From a virus (taxonomy: Duplodnaviria; Heunggongvirae; Uroviricota; Caudoviricetes): a stretch of DNA of 64,000 bases. Positions 51,136-60,994 of this stretch are shown one piece after another (within the stretch, counting starts at the first letter, position 1; each line of letters starts with the position of its first letter). Made by a program: the position numbers and the translations under genes. The notes beneath the pieces are model-generated. The model ran no database searches. It was not told the DNA's origin and saw nothing but the letters and a program-made list of their open reading frames with translations. The DNA is taken from the IMG/VR virus record IMGVR_UViG_3300045988_146577; one strand, 5' to 3'.

Positions 51136-52695
51136 ATGACTGTTCGGATTGTATCTAACGCAGTTAATGCGCTTATTTCTGGCGCAGATGACAAGGTAAA
51201 GCAAATGGTGCAACAGATGTTGAGCTACGAAGTCGAGACTGGCGACTGGAAGGGCACAAGCACGATGTTCAACTGGAGTAAAAACTCGTTCCCTGCTGGC
51301 TTTGCCAAGCCTGTAGCGGCGAACTTGAACAAGGCGGGCATAAAATGTGTTCATATCCGCAAAGACAAAGCCCCGGCGCTTGGTAAACCAAATCCGGCGG
51401 TTAACCCATTCCCATGCAATCCTGATTATGCGTATCAGGATCAGACTGTGGAAACACTAGTTCGAGAGGGAATGATGATTGCGCAGATCGCTACTGGTGG
51501 CGGGAAATCTAATGTTGCCTGCAAAGCAGCTGCACGTATCGGTCGAATGACATTATTTTTAACAACCCGCTCTGTTCTGATGTTTCAGATGGCCGAAAAC
51601 TTCCAGAGATCCATCGACTACCGCGCCGAAAATGGCGAACCGTGGTTAAAAGACCAAAAGGTTGGAGTCATTGGCTCGGGTGAGTTCCAGGTATCACGAC
51701 ATATCAACGTCGCTACAGTTCAAACTCTTGCAAGTTTCCTCGAAGAACCACCACGCGATGCAACACCAGATAAGAAAAGCTTCCACCTCAAACGTCGGGA
51801 GTTGGTGAAACGCTTCCTTTCAAGTGTCTCTCTTCTTATTCTGGAAGAGGCGCATGAGTCTTCAGGCTCAAATTTCTATGACATTGCCAGATTATGTGTG
51901 AACGCAGACTATCGTCTGGCACTTACGGCCACGCCGTTCATGAAGGATTCTACAGAAGCCAACATGCGTCTGATGGCTGTGGCTGGGCGAATTGAAATCA
52001 AAGTCACAGAAAAGTACCTGATTGATCGAGGCATTCTGGCAAAACCGTACTTCCTTTATCATAAAGTTGCCTACAAGCCAGACGAGGTCAGAATAAAGGC
52101 GGAACTTGCCAACAAACACCTCAATTTTAGAGTTGGTATGAGCACCGCCTACCAAAAGGCTTATCAGTTGGGGATCGTGTATAATTTGGGACGTAACGAG
52201 GCCATTGTGCGCGAAGCATTGCTCTATAAGCAACATTCTCTCAATTGTATGACTCTGGTTCGTCTTAAACGCCACGGGCAAATCCTGATGGAAATGATGA
52301 AAGAGTCCGGCCTTAGAGTTGACTTCATTTATGGGGAATCGAACCAGTCGACAAGGCAAGCAAAGCTGAACAGTTTAGCGTCTGGTGAAATAGATGTTTT
52401 AATAGGCTCGACTATTCTGGATGTTGGTGTTGATGTGCCAAGCGTTGGTGCGGTCATTCTTGCTGGTGGTGGGAAAGCAGAAGTTGAAATGAGACAGCGT
52501 GTCGGTCGTGGCTTACGAGCCAAGAAGAATCAGGCAAACGTGTGTTTTATCACTGATTTCATTGACATTAGCAACAAATACCTGTTGTCTCACTCTTATG
52601 AGCGAAAACACATCATCGACACCACACCTGGCTTTGCAGAAGGTGTATTGCCTATTGATGGCGCATTCGATTTTGGAGTTCTGAAACGAGATTAG
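51136..52695 (+). CDS. superfamily-2 helicase (DEAH-like)
   Basis: 519 aa; motif I ATGGGKS, motif II LEEAHE, motif III TATP, motif VI QRVGRGLR. Confidence 0.8.
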   Translation: MTVRIVSNAVNALISGADDKVKQMVQQMLSYEVETGDWKGTSTMFNWSKNSFPAGFAKPVAANLNKAGIKCVHIRKDKAPALGKPNPAVNPFPCNPDYAYQDQTVETLVREGMMIAQIATGGGKSNVACKAAARIGRMTLFLTTRSVLMFQMAENFQRSIDYRAENGEPWLKDQKVGVIGSGEFQVSRHINVATVQTLASFLEEPPRDATPDKKSFHLKRRELVKRFLSSVSLLILEEAHESSGSNFYDIARLCVNADYRLALTATPFMKDSTEANMRLMAVAGRIEIKVTEKYLIDRGILAKPYFLYHKVAYKPDEVRIKAELANKHLNFRVGMSTAYQKAYQLGIVYNLGRNEAIVREALLYKQHSLNCMTLVRLKRHGQILMEMMKESGLRVDFIYGESNQSTRQAKLNSLASGEIDVLIGSTILDVGVDVPSVGAVILAGGGKAEVEMRQRVGRGLRAKKNQANVCFITDFIDISNKYLLSHSYERKHIIDTTPGFAEGVLPIDGAFDFGVLKRD

Positions 52696-52697
52696 TT

Positions 52698-52976
52698 ATG
52701 AGCGAAAAGAAAACAACTTATTGCCAAGTGGCATTGTCTGATAAGGCCAATGAAAAACTTGGAAAATTCCAAATAAAACTCAAAGAGAAAAAAATCAAGA
52801 TGTCTAAGGCTGAAGTTATCAATGCCATTCTGGAGACGATGACTATGGCTGAATTTGACAAAGTCACATCTGCCGTTGGGGTTTCCGCTAAGACGCGTGA
52901 GAAAATCATGCGCATCTATGAAAACTCCAATATGACAAAAAAAGATCTAGAGGAAATACTGAGCAGGTTGCCGTAA
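52698..52976 (+). CDS. hypothetical protein
   Basis: 92 aa Lys-rich ORF 3 nt after helicase stop. Confidence 0.45.
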   Translation: MSEKKTTYCQVALSDKANEKLGKFQIKLKEKKIKMSKAEVINAILETMTMAEFDKVTSAVGVSAKTREKIMRIYENSNMTKKDLEEILSRLP

Positions 52977-53008
52977 CATTTCATATTTACCCCCTATCTA
53001 CTAATTCT

Positions 53009-53608
53009 ATGATGTGCTCACTTGTTAGAAAGGAGCACATCATGAGTTGGTTAAAAGAATTATCATTTGTTGACACCACTGGCGCTAAGAAAAATCATTC
53101 TTTCTGGAAAGTCAGCGATCCTTCTGATTTTCTTGTTGGTGCTAATGCTGCTTTTGAATTGCTTAACTTTTATCAACGTTATCCAGAAATGAAACACAGT
53201 CCACTCCTGTACAGAATAACAAACGATATGAATAGGTCTGGTTTATTATCAAGTGAGTCAGCGAAAGGCTTTTTTAGCAAAATTACGCCACACATATCAT
53301 TCGATGCTGCAAACGAAATTGATTATCTATCCACGAAACCTCAAGAACAATTATCTGTACCACCTGAGAAAAAAGAAAGACGAATTGCCAGCATTGAAAA
53401 TATATCGAAAGAGCTTCGCACAACAACGTTGAGGCTGCTGAACTTTCTTACGCTGCTTAATTGGATAGATGATCAAACATTGATTCCATCAACAGATGCG
53501 TTGGATAACAGAGTCCTTAGGCTGAACAAAAAATCGCAATTTGGTTTTGTGTTCACCAAAAAAGGTGAAGATTTAATCAAAAGAAAATATAGATTATTGA
53601 ATGATTAA
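53009..53608 (+). CDS. hypothetical protein
   Basis: 199 aa ORF (start possibly MSWLK at 53042); AT-rich. Confidence 0.45.
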   Translation: MMCSLVRKEHIMSWLKELSFVDTTGAKKNHSFWKVSDPSDFLVGANAAFELLNFYQRYPEMKHSPLLYRITNDMNRSGLLSSESAKGFFSKITPHISFDAANEIDYLSTKPQEQLSVPPEKKERRIASIENISKELRTTTLRLLNFLTLLNWIDDQTLIPSTDALDNRVLRLNKKSQFGFVFTKKGEDLIKRKYRLLND

Positions 53609-53992
53609 TAGTCTACATGCAGGTGTATGAGAGCACCTGCATGTGACATTCATCACATTTTTGAATGTATATACCTTCGGCTGAAAAAGATCTTGATAGG
53701 CTGAATGATATTTGTAGGCTTCGCCTCCGAAGAAATTCGGAGGATATATGCGACAATTTATAAAAACGTGTGACCTAAGAAATATAGTAGATGATATTGC
53801 ATGTGATGAAATTAGCAAAAAAGAGAAGAACAAAAACGCCAATTAACGCTATCTACCTATAAATCTGAAGAGTTCAATAGGATGCATATCTGAAACACGC
53901 CCTCGACAATACCAAAAAGATTTGTCGAGGGCGTCGGGCTTTCCCTATGTCTGAACGATTAAATTTTACAGCAATTAAATATTTTGTATATG

Positions 53993-54793
53993 TTATTCTT
54001 CTGGTGGCACGACAAAATCATCGAGCTTATTCTTTTCGTCTCGAAGCAACTTGATTTCTTCTTCTGTTATACATTTGTCATAATCTGTTTGTTCAGAATG
54101 GCACAGTGTAACCGCGAATGGATAGCCGGTATAAGACAGTCCCCTAACAGGTTCTAGTTCACCGTTGTCTTTTTTCCTAAATTTGTAAAAGTCAGGAGTG
54201 TCATAATTGGTGACGCTAACAAGAGCATATTTATCATTTTCTCTTGCATACACTTCACTAACACCTCTCGATTCGCCCAACTCTCTACTCACATATGTCG
54301 AATCACTTGCAGCATCAAACACAGCCTGACCTAATGGAGTTTTTTTTAAATCATCTATTTTCTCTTTTTCCTTCCTGATTTTAGATTCGTTTTCCAGATA
54401 AAGTTTCACACCGTTTTCTTTGCATGCTAGATTTTGGCGTTCAAAACGTAATCGTTCTCTTGCCGAGTTGGTACTTTTATCCATTGTAACGAATACAATC
54501 GGGTTACGTTCACGAACATCAAAGATGTGCGCATTGAATGCGGTCGCACCTGTATAGGCATTCAAGACGTTTTTGCCATTCACTTCTCCACATACCATAT
54601 ATGAATAGCTATTTTCACCTAACTGAATAGCTCGCATATTCGTGAACCGACCAGCATCAGGATCTAGCAGTGTAGAGCGAATATCCTTTTCAACTAGATC
54701 TATGGCTCGCTCTTCATCAGAATCACAACCTGTTAATAGTAAAGCCGCTATTAACAATGCTAATGAGTATTTTTTATTCACCCCATTCTTCAT
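53993..54793 (-). CDS. putative lipoprotein
   Basis: 266 aa; signal peptide with lipobox LLLTGC. Confidence 0.6.
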   Translation of the reverse strand: MKNGVNKKYSLALLIAALLLTGCDSDEERAIDLVEKDIRSTLLDPDAGRFTNMRAIQLGENSYSYMVCGEVNGKNVLNAYTGATAFNAHIFDVRERNPIVFVTMDKSTNSARERLRFERQNLACKENGVKLYLENESKIRKEKEKIDDLKKTPLGQAVFDAASDSTYVSRELGESRGVSEVYARENDKYALVSVTNYDTPDFYKFRKKDNGELEPVRGLSYTGYPFAVTLCHSEQTDYDKCITEEEIKLLRDEKNKLDDFVVPPEE

Positions 54794-54895
54794 GAAACTT
54801 ATTCCATAATCAATTTTTGGTGGAATGTACGGTTAGTCTGTCTACGCATCATAGAGATGTATATAATGACCAAAAAAGACTTAAAAAGGTAGACT

Positions 54896-55417
54896 ATGGT
54901 TAAAGACATCACCTACGGCATACCGGCTGAAGTATGGCCGCGAGACTACGAACATGCTGAACGCACCTTGCTCTTCTGGCGGAGAGCTAAATTTCCTGTA
55001 AGAGTCACTCTCGAAGACGGCCAAGTGTTTTGCATGTACGTTTATGGTCTCATGTCATCTCGTAACAAAGTTGACCTTTGTCCAACTCCATTTGACAAAG
55101 AAAATCGTATAAGGCTCCCACTTGAGCGCATTAGCACAATTGAATCAGGCGTAATTGATGGCATTGATTACGATTTCAAAGGGAGACTAACAATACACCC
55201 TGACTATGTAGACAACCAGCCATCACGTCGTGACTTTTTTAAGATATGTCGTCAGGCTTACCAAAACGGCAAATCTATAAGGGTCTACATGGCAGACGGT
55301 CGCGAAATTGAGGGAACGTCAGATGGCGTTGACGCCTGTCTAGTCACACTTAAGTTGGAAGACGGTAGAAAAATACTTATTTTCTTCGATTGGGTTGAAC
55401 GAATCCTTCCGTTTTAG
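54896..55417 (+). CDS. hypothetical protein
   Basis: 173 aa ORF. Confidence 0.45.
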   Translation: MVKDITYGIPAEVWPRDYEHAERTLLFWRRAKFPVRVTLEDGQVFCMYVYGLMSSRNKVDLCPTPFDKENRIRLPLERISTIESGVIDGIDYDFKGRLTIHPDYVDNQPSRRDFFKICRQAYQNGKSIRVYMADGREIEGTSDGVDACLVTLKLEDGRKILIFFDWVERILPF

Positions 55418-55426
55418 GATATTGAT

Positions 55427-55726
55427 ATGAAAACTGTAGCAGCATTCACATTCTTAACTTTCATTTTTAGCTCTTCCGCATTTCCTCAAGAAAATAGCAT
55501 TGAACGAGTGCAACGTGTCTCTACAGAGTTGTGTTCAAAGGCGGAAGACTACGATTTGTGCATGTTAGACCTAAGCATGGCTTTAGGCGCTGCATATCAA
55601 GATGGACTGATCGTTGCGGGATGCAAGTTGGGACTTGATGAGCCTTCGAAAGACAAATGCGAAAACTCGGAGCGTTTTCAGGAATATATAATAAAAGAAA
55701 TCAGGAACTATGCAAAAAAGATGTAA
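55427..55726 (+). CDS. small secreted Cys-containing protein
   Basis: 99 aa; N-terminal signal-peptide-like MKTVAAFTFLTFIFSSSAF; four Cys. Confidence 0.5.
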   Translation: MKTVAAFTFLTFIFSSSAFPQENSIERVQRVSTELCSKAEDYDLCMLDLSMALGAAYQDGLIVAGCKLGLDEPSKDKCENSERFQEYIIKEIRNYAKKM

Positions 55727-56009
55727 ATTCCTATAAGGGTAATAACCGGCTAAGTCCGGTTATTATTTTACATGCCATTCGTTTAACACTCATTCAATTC
55801 TCCCCCGTATAAATATATATAAGGTCAAAAGCCGGAATTTATTATTTATTTAGGGAACACCTTCGACGATCTCGCTTTTATTTCTAGGGCTTTCATCCCT
55901 GCAAAAAACTTAAAAAAATACTTGCAATCTTTTTTCGCGTGTCGATAATTGGACTCATCGAAAGCGAAATTGCTAACGATAATTAAATTTTATACTAAGG
56001 ATTGAAATC

Positions 56010-56660
56010 ATGACTAACATTATCATTTCTAAAAAATCCATCATTGAAGCTGCTGCCATTGTATCCGACGAGCTGCGCGAAAAAGCAGATCTGGCAACTC
56101 AAACATATAACGAACATTATAAAAATGGTACGCACACAAAAGCAGACAAAGCAAATATGCAAGCTGCGACCACCAAACTTGCTTACTTCATCAACAACGT
56201 CGTAAACGCAGTAGAAGACGAAAAATTGTGCTCTGTTTTCTACTATGCGATCAAAGCAAGCAAACAAGCGCCAGAAGTATTTTTCCGTGATGCAATGACT
56301 AATAGTTATTCTCTGGAAAAACTGGTTTATCTGGTTAAATCCATTAAAGCTGGAAAGTGTGTTTATTCCGTCGCTGATATGTCCGGATCTCGTGTATTCG
56401 CATTAATCGATATGATTAACGACGAGATCGAGACGTTCACAAATGGCGCTGTTTTCGATTTAATGAATGAAGCGAAAAAAGCCAACGAAATAAAATTAGA
56501 CGCAGGATACACTCAAGCCAACCAGCTTATCAATCTTTGCGAACGTCTTGGACTTGTTGAGAAAGTCAAAGGAATGGGAAGCGCAAAAGCTGGTACGCAG
56601 CAATATCGCTTTATTAAAAATGATTTCTATAACTATCTGGCTGATGCTTTCAAAGCGTAA
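56010..56660 (+). CDS. hypothetical protein
   Basis: 216 aa ORF followed by terminator at 56674. Confidence 0.5.
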   Translation: MTNIIISKKSIIEAAAIVSDELREKADLATQTYNEHYKNGTHTKADKANMQAATTKLAYFINNVVNAVEDEKLCSVFYYAIKASKQAPEVFFRDAMTNSYSLEKLVYLVKSIKAGKCVYSVADMSGSRVFALIDMINDEIETFTNGAVFDLMNEAKKANEIKLDAGYTQANQLINLCERLGLVEKVKGMGSAKAGTQQYRFIKNDFYNYLADAFKA

Positions 56661-56673
56661 TTAATGGAATCTG

Positions 56674-56694
56674 GCGCCCACTATGGGCGCTTTT
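56674..56694 (+). terminator. rho-independent terminator
   Basis: GCGCCCACTATGGGCGC + TTTT. Confidence 0.7.
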
Positions 56695-56707
56695 AAGGAG
56701 CTTAATC

Positions 56708-56938
56708 ATGTTTATTCTTATCGCTGGCGTTAACGTGCGCAATGAATATTTTGTTAATCGCATCGCTGGGATCGCTGGTTACGCTGGGCGCGCAGTCGAG
56801 CTTATAGATGAAACGACGCGCAAAATTGACTTATTGAGCGACCAGGAGCGAAAAAAAGCAGACGTGAATGACGCTGATATATTTTTAATGTTAAAAGCGT
56901 TTGTAGAAATGGGATTTGAAATCAGTTTACATAAATAA
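56708..56938 (+). CDS. hypothetical small protein
   Basis: 76 aa ORF followed by identical terminator hairpin. Confidence 0.45.
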   Translation: MFILIAGVNVRNEYFVNRIAGIAGYAGRAVELIDETTRKIDLLSDQERKKADVNDADIFLMLKAFVEMGFEISLHK

Positions 56939-56944
56939 AATCGA

Positions 56945-56967
56945 GCGCCCACTATGGGCGCTTTTTT
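56945..56967 (+). terminator. rho-independent terminator (identical hairpin to 56674)
   Basis: GCGCCCACTATGGGCGC + TTTTTT. Confidence 0.7.
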
Positions 56968-56991
56968 CGTTTCCAATACTTCCACCATAAC

Positions 56992-57017
56992 GCGCCAATG
57001 ATGGCGCTTTTTTTATT
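56992..57017 (+). terminator. rho-independent terminator
   Basis: GCGCCAATGATGGCGC + TTTTTTT. Confidence 0.6.
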
Positions 57018-57424
57018 GTCTTTGACTCAAGCCAACAACATAAAAATAAGCGCCAAAATAACGCCATAGACGCGCTTTTATATCCTTACCAGTACATACC
57101 CATTACTTAGCGCATTAACGCGCTTAAATCGCGTTATATTGCGTTATGGTGTATGGTTAATCATTGGCTTTTATTCTTGCTATGTGATCCGCGTTTAATT
57201 GTCGGCGCGGATCGGCATTTTGTTTTGTTCCGTATCCGCTCGCGTATTATGTGCGCGTGATTTTTCACATAATCACACCACTTAATCACATATGTGATTA
57301 CGCTACGAAAGAAATCTGGATGTCTCAGGCGACGAAAGTCATCATAATTTTCCCCGCTCACCTGTCCGACAACCGCTGGTTGGATTCCACCAGCTTCCCG
57401 ATGTTTTTTCTATATAAAGGCGAA

Positions 57425-57545
57425 TGCAGCCGTTTCCCGAAAAAATCCTGGCCGTTTCCCGTCGGCTCATGAATACGTTCCTCGCCGTTTCTGAAAATTT
57501 CCCTGCGGCAGCTGGTGGCTATATAGAAAGGGCCGTTTCTGGCCC
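57425..57545. repeat. iteron cluster 1 (4 copies of GCCGTTTCC/TG-like motif)
   Basis: AGCCGTTTCCCG, GGCCGTTTCCCG, CGCCGTTTCTG, GGCCGTTTCTGG spaced 20-50 nt. Confidence 0.6.
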
Positions 57546-57554
57546 TCTTCTCAG

Positions 57555-58037
57555 TTACACGCCATCAAGGATGTGGATGCGGTTGCTTGCGTATACATTC
57601 AGCATAAAGTTAGCGCAAAACAGTTTCCATGTATCAACGCCAGCGGTATACGTAATGTTTTTGCATTTAATCGCATTGTTGGCGATCCGCATCCCCTGCG
57701 ATACTGCTTCATCGTCGGAAAATTTGAACGACGATTGAGTTTTAATCCAGACAGAAATCTGCGTAGCGAACTCAATCAGCTTGGACTGGCAGAATCGCCC
57801 GGAGCGCACCGGAAAGACGAACGTTCCGAATCCAGAATTTACCACATACGCTTTCTCAAATACCCGCGAGTAACGACGATTGCCAATGATGTCGCGTGCA
57901 ATAATGCATTTTTCTTGTGCTGACAGTTCTACCGTCTCATTGTCGCGCCATGCACCAAGTACTCGTTTTTCAATGTCAGAGAACGTTACAGCGATATTGC
58001 CATGTGCGGGTGCGTTTACAGTAGCGATAAAATTCAT
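57555..58037 (-). CDS. hypothetical protein
   Basis: 160 aa ORF; motif-A promoter-operator immediately upstream. Confidence 0.5.
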   Translation of the reverse strand: MNFIATVNAPAHGNIAVTFSDIEKRVLGAWRDNETVELSAQEKCIIARDIIGNRRYSRVFEKAYVVNSGFGTFVFPVRSGRFCQSKLIEFATQISVWIKTQSSFKFSDDEAVSQGMRIANNAIKCKNITYTAGVDTWKLFCANFMLNVYASNRIHILDGV

Positions 58038-58054
58038 GATTAATTCCTTATCGT

Positions 58055-58092
58055 AAATAACAAATTGTTTTCTTGTTGGTGTTAATTATCGT
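58055..58092 (-). promoter_or_regulatory. promoter-operator motif A (GATAAT -10-like box plus AACAAATTGTT palindrome)
   Basis: minus-strand CGATAATTAACACCAACAAGAAAACAATTTGTT just upstream of start at 58037. Confidence 0.55.
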
Positions 58093-58241
58093 TGTACGAA
58101 TAAGGCGTCAAAGTGGAAAGTTGCGGTAGCCGGACGGGAACAGGTGGGTTTGTCGGTTGCCTGGAGGTAAGAGGTTGGTGTTTTTAGCCTGCGGGAAACA
58201 GGATGGTCATTTAAGGCCACCAGCATTGGTGGCCTTACTCT

Positions 58242-58528
58242 TTAGTGGAGCAGACCGATGTCGATGGTATCCCCTGAATCATCCACACGGATCATCAGCA
58301 TGGCGAAGGCGTTTAGTGGATAGCTTGCGTGCCATTCAGGGAAGCGGTCATCTCGCATGAAGTCGGCAATGTCGTAAACGCAGCCCTCAAAGTGGAAGAA
58401 TCGCGTGCTTACCTGCTCGTCATATTCCACATGATCCATTTCTTGCTGTTCTGTTTCCGGCAAGTCCAGCCATGATTCAAGGAATACATTTTGTGCTTTA
58501 GGGGTAATGGTGAAATCAGTCATGAGCA
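58242..58528 (-). CDS. small acidic protein
   Basis: Start re-assigned to ATG near 58528 after SD GAGGAT (track start 58655 lies upstream of the promoter motif); about 95 aa. Confidence 0.5.
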
Positions 58529-58542
58529 TATCCTCACTGCGT

Positions 58543-58575
58543 AAACATATTGTTTTCTTGTTGGTGTAATTATCG
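58543..58575 (-). promoter_or_regulatory. promoter-operator motif A
   Basis: minus-strand TGCGATAATTACACCAACAAGAAAACAATATGTTT (extended -10-like TGnGATAAT). Confidence 0.55.
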
Positions 58576-58858
58576 CAGTGTAGATAAGGCATAAAAGAAG
58601 TTAATACAGGCTGAATACACAAGAAAGGTTCTGGAAGTTGATAGCCAGGTTTCAAACTAACCTTCGGTTATTAAAAGTCATTTAAGACCACCAATGCTGG
58701 TGGCCTTAATAATTATCGCCCGATTACGCTAAGGATCTTTTCCTCAACTGATTTGTTGTTGCGACTAAACTGCCTTGCGTATCTGATGACAGAAGAGGCG
58801 TTTTGCTTTCTGACCATCTCGACTCTTTCCTTCAGGCGTTTCTTGAAATCGCCCATAT

Positions 58859-59233
58859 TTACCACCAGGCGCAGAAGGTCAGTCTGTTATTGTGAAAGTC
58901 GTGGTTCTTAATCAGATCTTCCACAAGCTCTTTCAACTCCCCCACATCATGCCAGTAACCTTCATCGTACTCCTGACTGCCGAAGAAAAAACCTTCCCGG
59001 GTAGGCAAGTACTCTTCGCAATTACTTTCGTTTATGTGCATCAAATGAGCCTTCAGAAAACAAATGTCATTCATCGTTAATTCTAAAAGCTCACAATTTT
59101 CGACTTCACCTACGTTGCGCTCCATCCACCCAACGAGCGCATTGAACTTACGGAAGTAAGCAACCTGCTTTCTGGATGCCTCGTTATTCAGATCGTTTTT
59201 AGGCTGTGTCTCGATATAGATATCAAGTCCCAT
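58859..59233 (-). CDS. hypothetical protein
   Basis: Start re-assigned to ATG near 59233 after SD AAGGAAA; about 124 aa. Confidence 0.45.
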   Translation of the reverse strand: MGLDIYIETQPKNDLNNEASRKQVAYFRKFNALVGWMERNVGEVENCELLELTMNDICFLKAHLMHINESNCEEYLPTREGFFFGSQEYDEGYWHDVGELKELVEDLIKNHDFHNNRLTFCAWW

Positions 59234-59310
59234 GATGGTTTCCTTATTAAGTTGCTTCAGTGAAATCATTTTCACAAATCAGATAAGGCAGAAAACAAAT
59301 TGTTATCGGG

Positions 59311-59339
59311 CATAATAAAATGGCGCGGTTTGCGCGCCA
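59311..59339 (-). terminator. rho-independent terminator
   Basis: GGCGCG/CGCGCC hairpin followed by U-run on minus strand, just after the stop at 59351. Confidence 0.5.
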
Positions 59340-59350
59340 TTTAAAGAGGA

Positions 59351-59746
59351 TTAAGCGAATACGCTTTCAGGGATTAAGGTGTCGGCAGGAATGCCAGAGG
59401 TAATGCGCAGACCGTACTGGCCAATCCAGGTGGTGCTGGTGTTCAGGCTGGAGGCGAATACGGTGTTAACCATATTCATCATGGTTTCAAACACCTCTTC
59501 ATCAACCTGGCGGAAGTAGTTCTCGATTTTCAGCAGCAGAGGGTCAGTTGCATCGAGAATGGACTGGTATTGAGTCGCGTACTCGCCGCCGGAGGCATCA
59601 CCTTTACGCACGATCGTACTGGCCTGGACTTCGGCACCAGTTTCGGTGTTGTACGTAACAACGGTGATTTTTGCCACATTCTTACCTTCGGCGGTTTCAG
59701 AGGCATAGTAAACATCAACTGTCAGTTTTTCGCGTTTAACGGTCAT
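59351..59746 (-). CDS. hypothetical protein
   Basis: Start re-assigned to ATG near 59746 after SD GGAGAG; about 131 aa; TAAGTATGTACTTA palindrome upstream. Confidence 0.5.
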   Translation of the reverse strand: MTVKREKLTVDVYYASETAEGKNVAKITVVTYNTETGAEVQASTIVRKGDASGGEYATQYQSILDATDPLLLKIENYFRQVDEEVFETMMNMVNTVFASSLNTSTTWIGQYGLRITSGIPADTLIPESVFA

Positions 59747-59810
59747 TTCACTCTCCGTAGTGTTTTGGTTATTTTTATATTCTATGATCGTAAGTATGTA
59801 CTTACAATAC

Positions 59811-59837
59811 AAAAAAGCCCCGTAAGGATGGCGGGGC
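59811..59837 (-). terminator. rho-independent terminator
   Basis: GCCCCGCCATCCTTACGGGGC hairpin + U6 on minus strand. Confidence 0.65.
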
Positions 59838-59872
59838 TGTCGTACTGTCGACTAATTACCACTTGCACATTA

Positions 59873-60187
59873 TCAGGCTATTGCCATCACTGATGCTCTC
59901 TGAATTTCTTGCTGGGCCACGCGGTTAACTTCCATCAAAGCCAGTTCGAGCTGATGTTCCGGCCACATTCTTTGAAATGCCATCCAGCCTTTTCCACGCT
60001 GGCGACGAACATTCATTACATAACGAGTAAAGGTGTTTTTATCGAAAGACACCGCTGTTTCACGGAACAGACGAATAGAGGTTCCATTGGCAACGATGTC
60101 CAGCAAAGTTAATTGAGCAACCAGCGCAGGCTTCTCTTTTCTCTTCTGGTCTTTGTCCAGACCAAGAACCAATGATTTTTTCATCAC
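59873..60187 (-). CDS. small basic protein, possible DNA-binding regulator
   Basis: Start re-assigned to ATG near 60187 after SD GGAG; about 104 aa, Lys/Arg-rich. Confidence 0.45.
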   Translation of the reverse strand: MMKKSLVLGLDKDQKRKEKPALVAQLTLLDIVANGTSIRLFRETAVSFDKNTFTRYVMNVRRQRGKGWMAFQRMWPEHQLELALMEVNRVAQQEIQRASVMAIA

Positions 60188-60195
60188 AACTCCGT

Positions 60196-60211
60196 AAACA
60201 ACTTGTTTTCT
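60196..60211 (-). promoter_or_regulatory. operator motif A
   Basis: AAACAACTTGTTTTCT just upstream of start at 60187. Confidence 0.5.
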
Positions 60212-60337
60212 CAATGGCGTAAATAATACCAGTAAGAAAACGGCTACAAAGCATATTGATCAGGTGCATGAGCGATATGCAGGTTCTTCCCTGCGGCTAT
60301 AGAGAAATTAAGCCAGCAATGCTGGCTTTGGTTGGGA

Positions 60338-60667
60338 TTACTCGAATACTTCAAGAAACTCCTGAACGTCCCAATGCTGGACGAGGTGAAGATAGACCTT
60401 AGAAATCACGTCATTTTCGCTATCGCATGTGAAGTAGTACTTCTGGCTGCGGTTGTATGTGTCCACACAAAATTCGCTCATATCCATAAAGTCAGCATCT
60501 TCACCCATGTCGCAAATCATCAAAGCAGGTGCGTCATCACGAGTCATCAGCTCAAGCACCCACCGCGAATTGATCAGAGTGGAAGACCAACCTTCCAGCT
60601 CATAGAACTGGTCAAACTCTTTTTGAGTCAATTTCTTGATTTGGTTGATGTCGATATGTGCAAACAT
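60338..60667 (-). CDS. small acidic protein
   Basis: Start re-assigned to ATG near 60667 after SD AAGGA; about 109 aa; Asp/Glu-rich. Confidence 0.5.
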   Translation of the reverse strand: MFAHIDINQIKKLTQKEFDQFYELEGWSSTLINSRWVLELMTRDDAPALMICDMGEDADFMDMSEFCVDTYNRSQKYYFTCDSENDVISKVYLHLVQHWDVQEFLEVFE

Positions 60668-60679
60668 AAAGCAATCCTT

Positions 60680-60712
60680 AAACAACATGTTTTCTTGTTG
60701 GTGTTATTATCG
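60680..60712 (-). promoter_or_regulatory. promoter-operator motif A
   Basis: minus-strand TGCGATAATAACACCAACAAGAAAACATGTTGTTT directly upstream of SD and ATG. Confidence 0.55.
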
Positions 60713-60994
60713 CAATAACGCACAGGCGAAAAAGGATTTTATTCCGGTGAATGTGGTTTTGGCAGTGAGTTTTCAGGTTCAGTACCGAGTACACTTTTTA
60801 CATTATTCTGATTTAGTGGCCGAAGGTGGCTGGTGGGCAGAATAATCATCTCCCCGAAAACCTACTGAAATCGATTGTGACCCGTTGGCTGTCTGGCACA
60901 ATTACGCTGTAACTGGGCATTCAGAGGGAATCCAGCGGTAAGTAAGTTCGCCTGCACGTGAGCGCCTCTCTTCTTCCCGCACATTACAGGTGGG

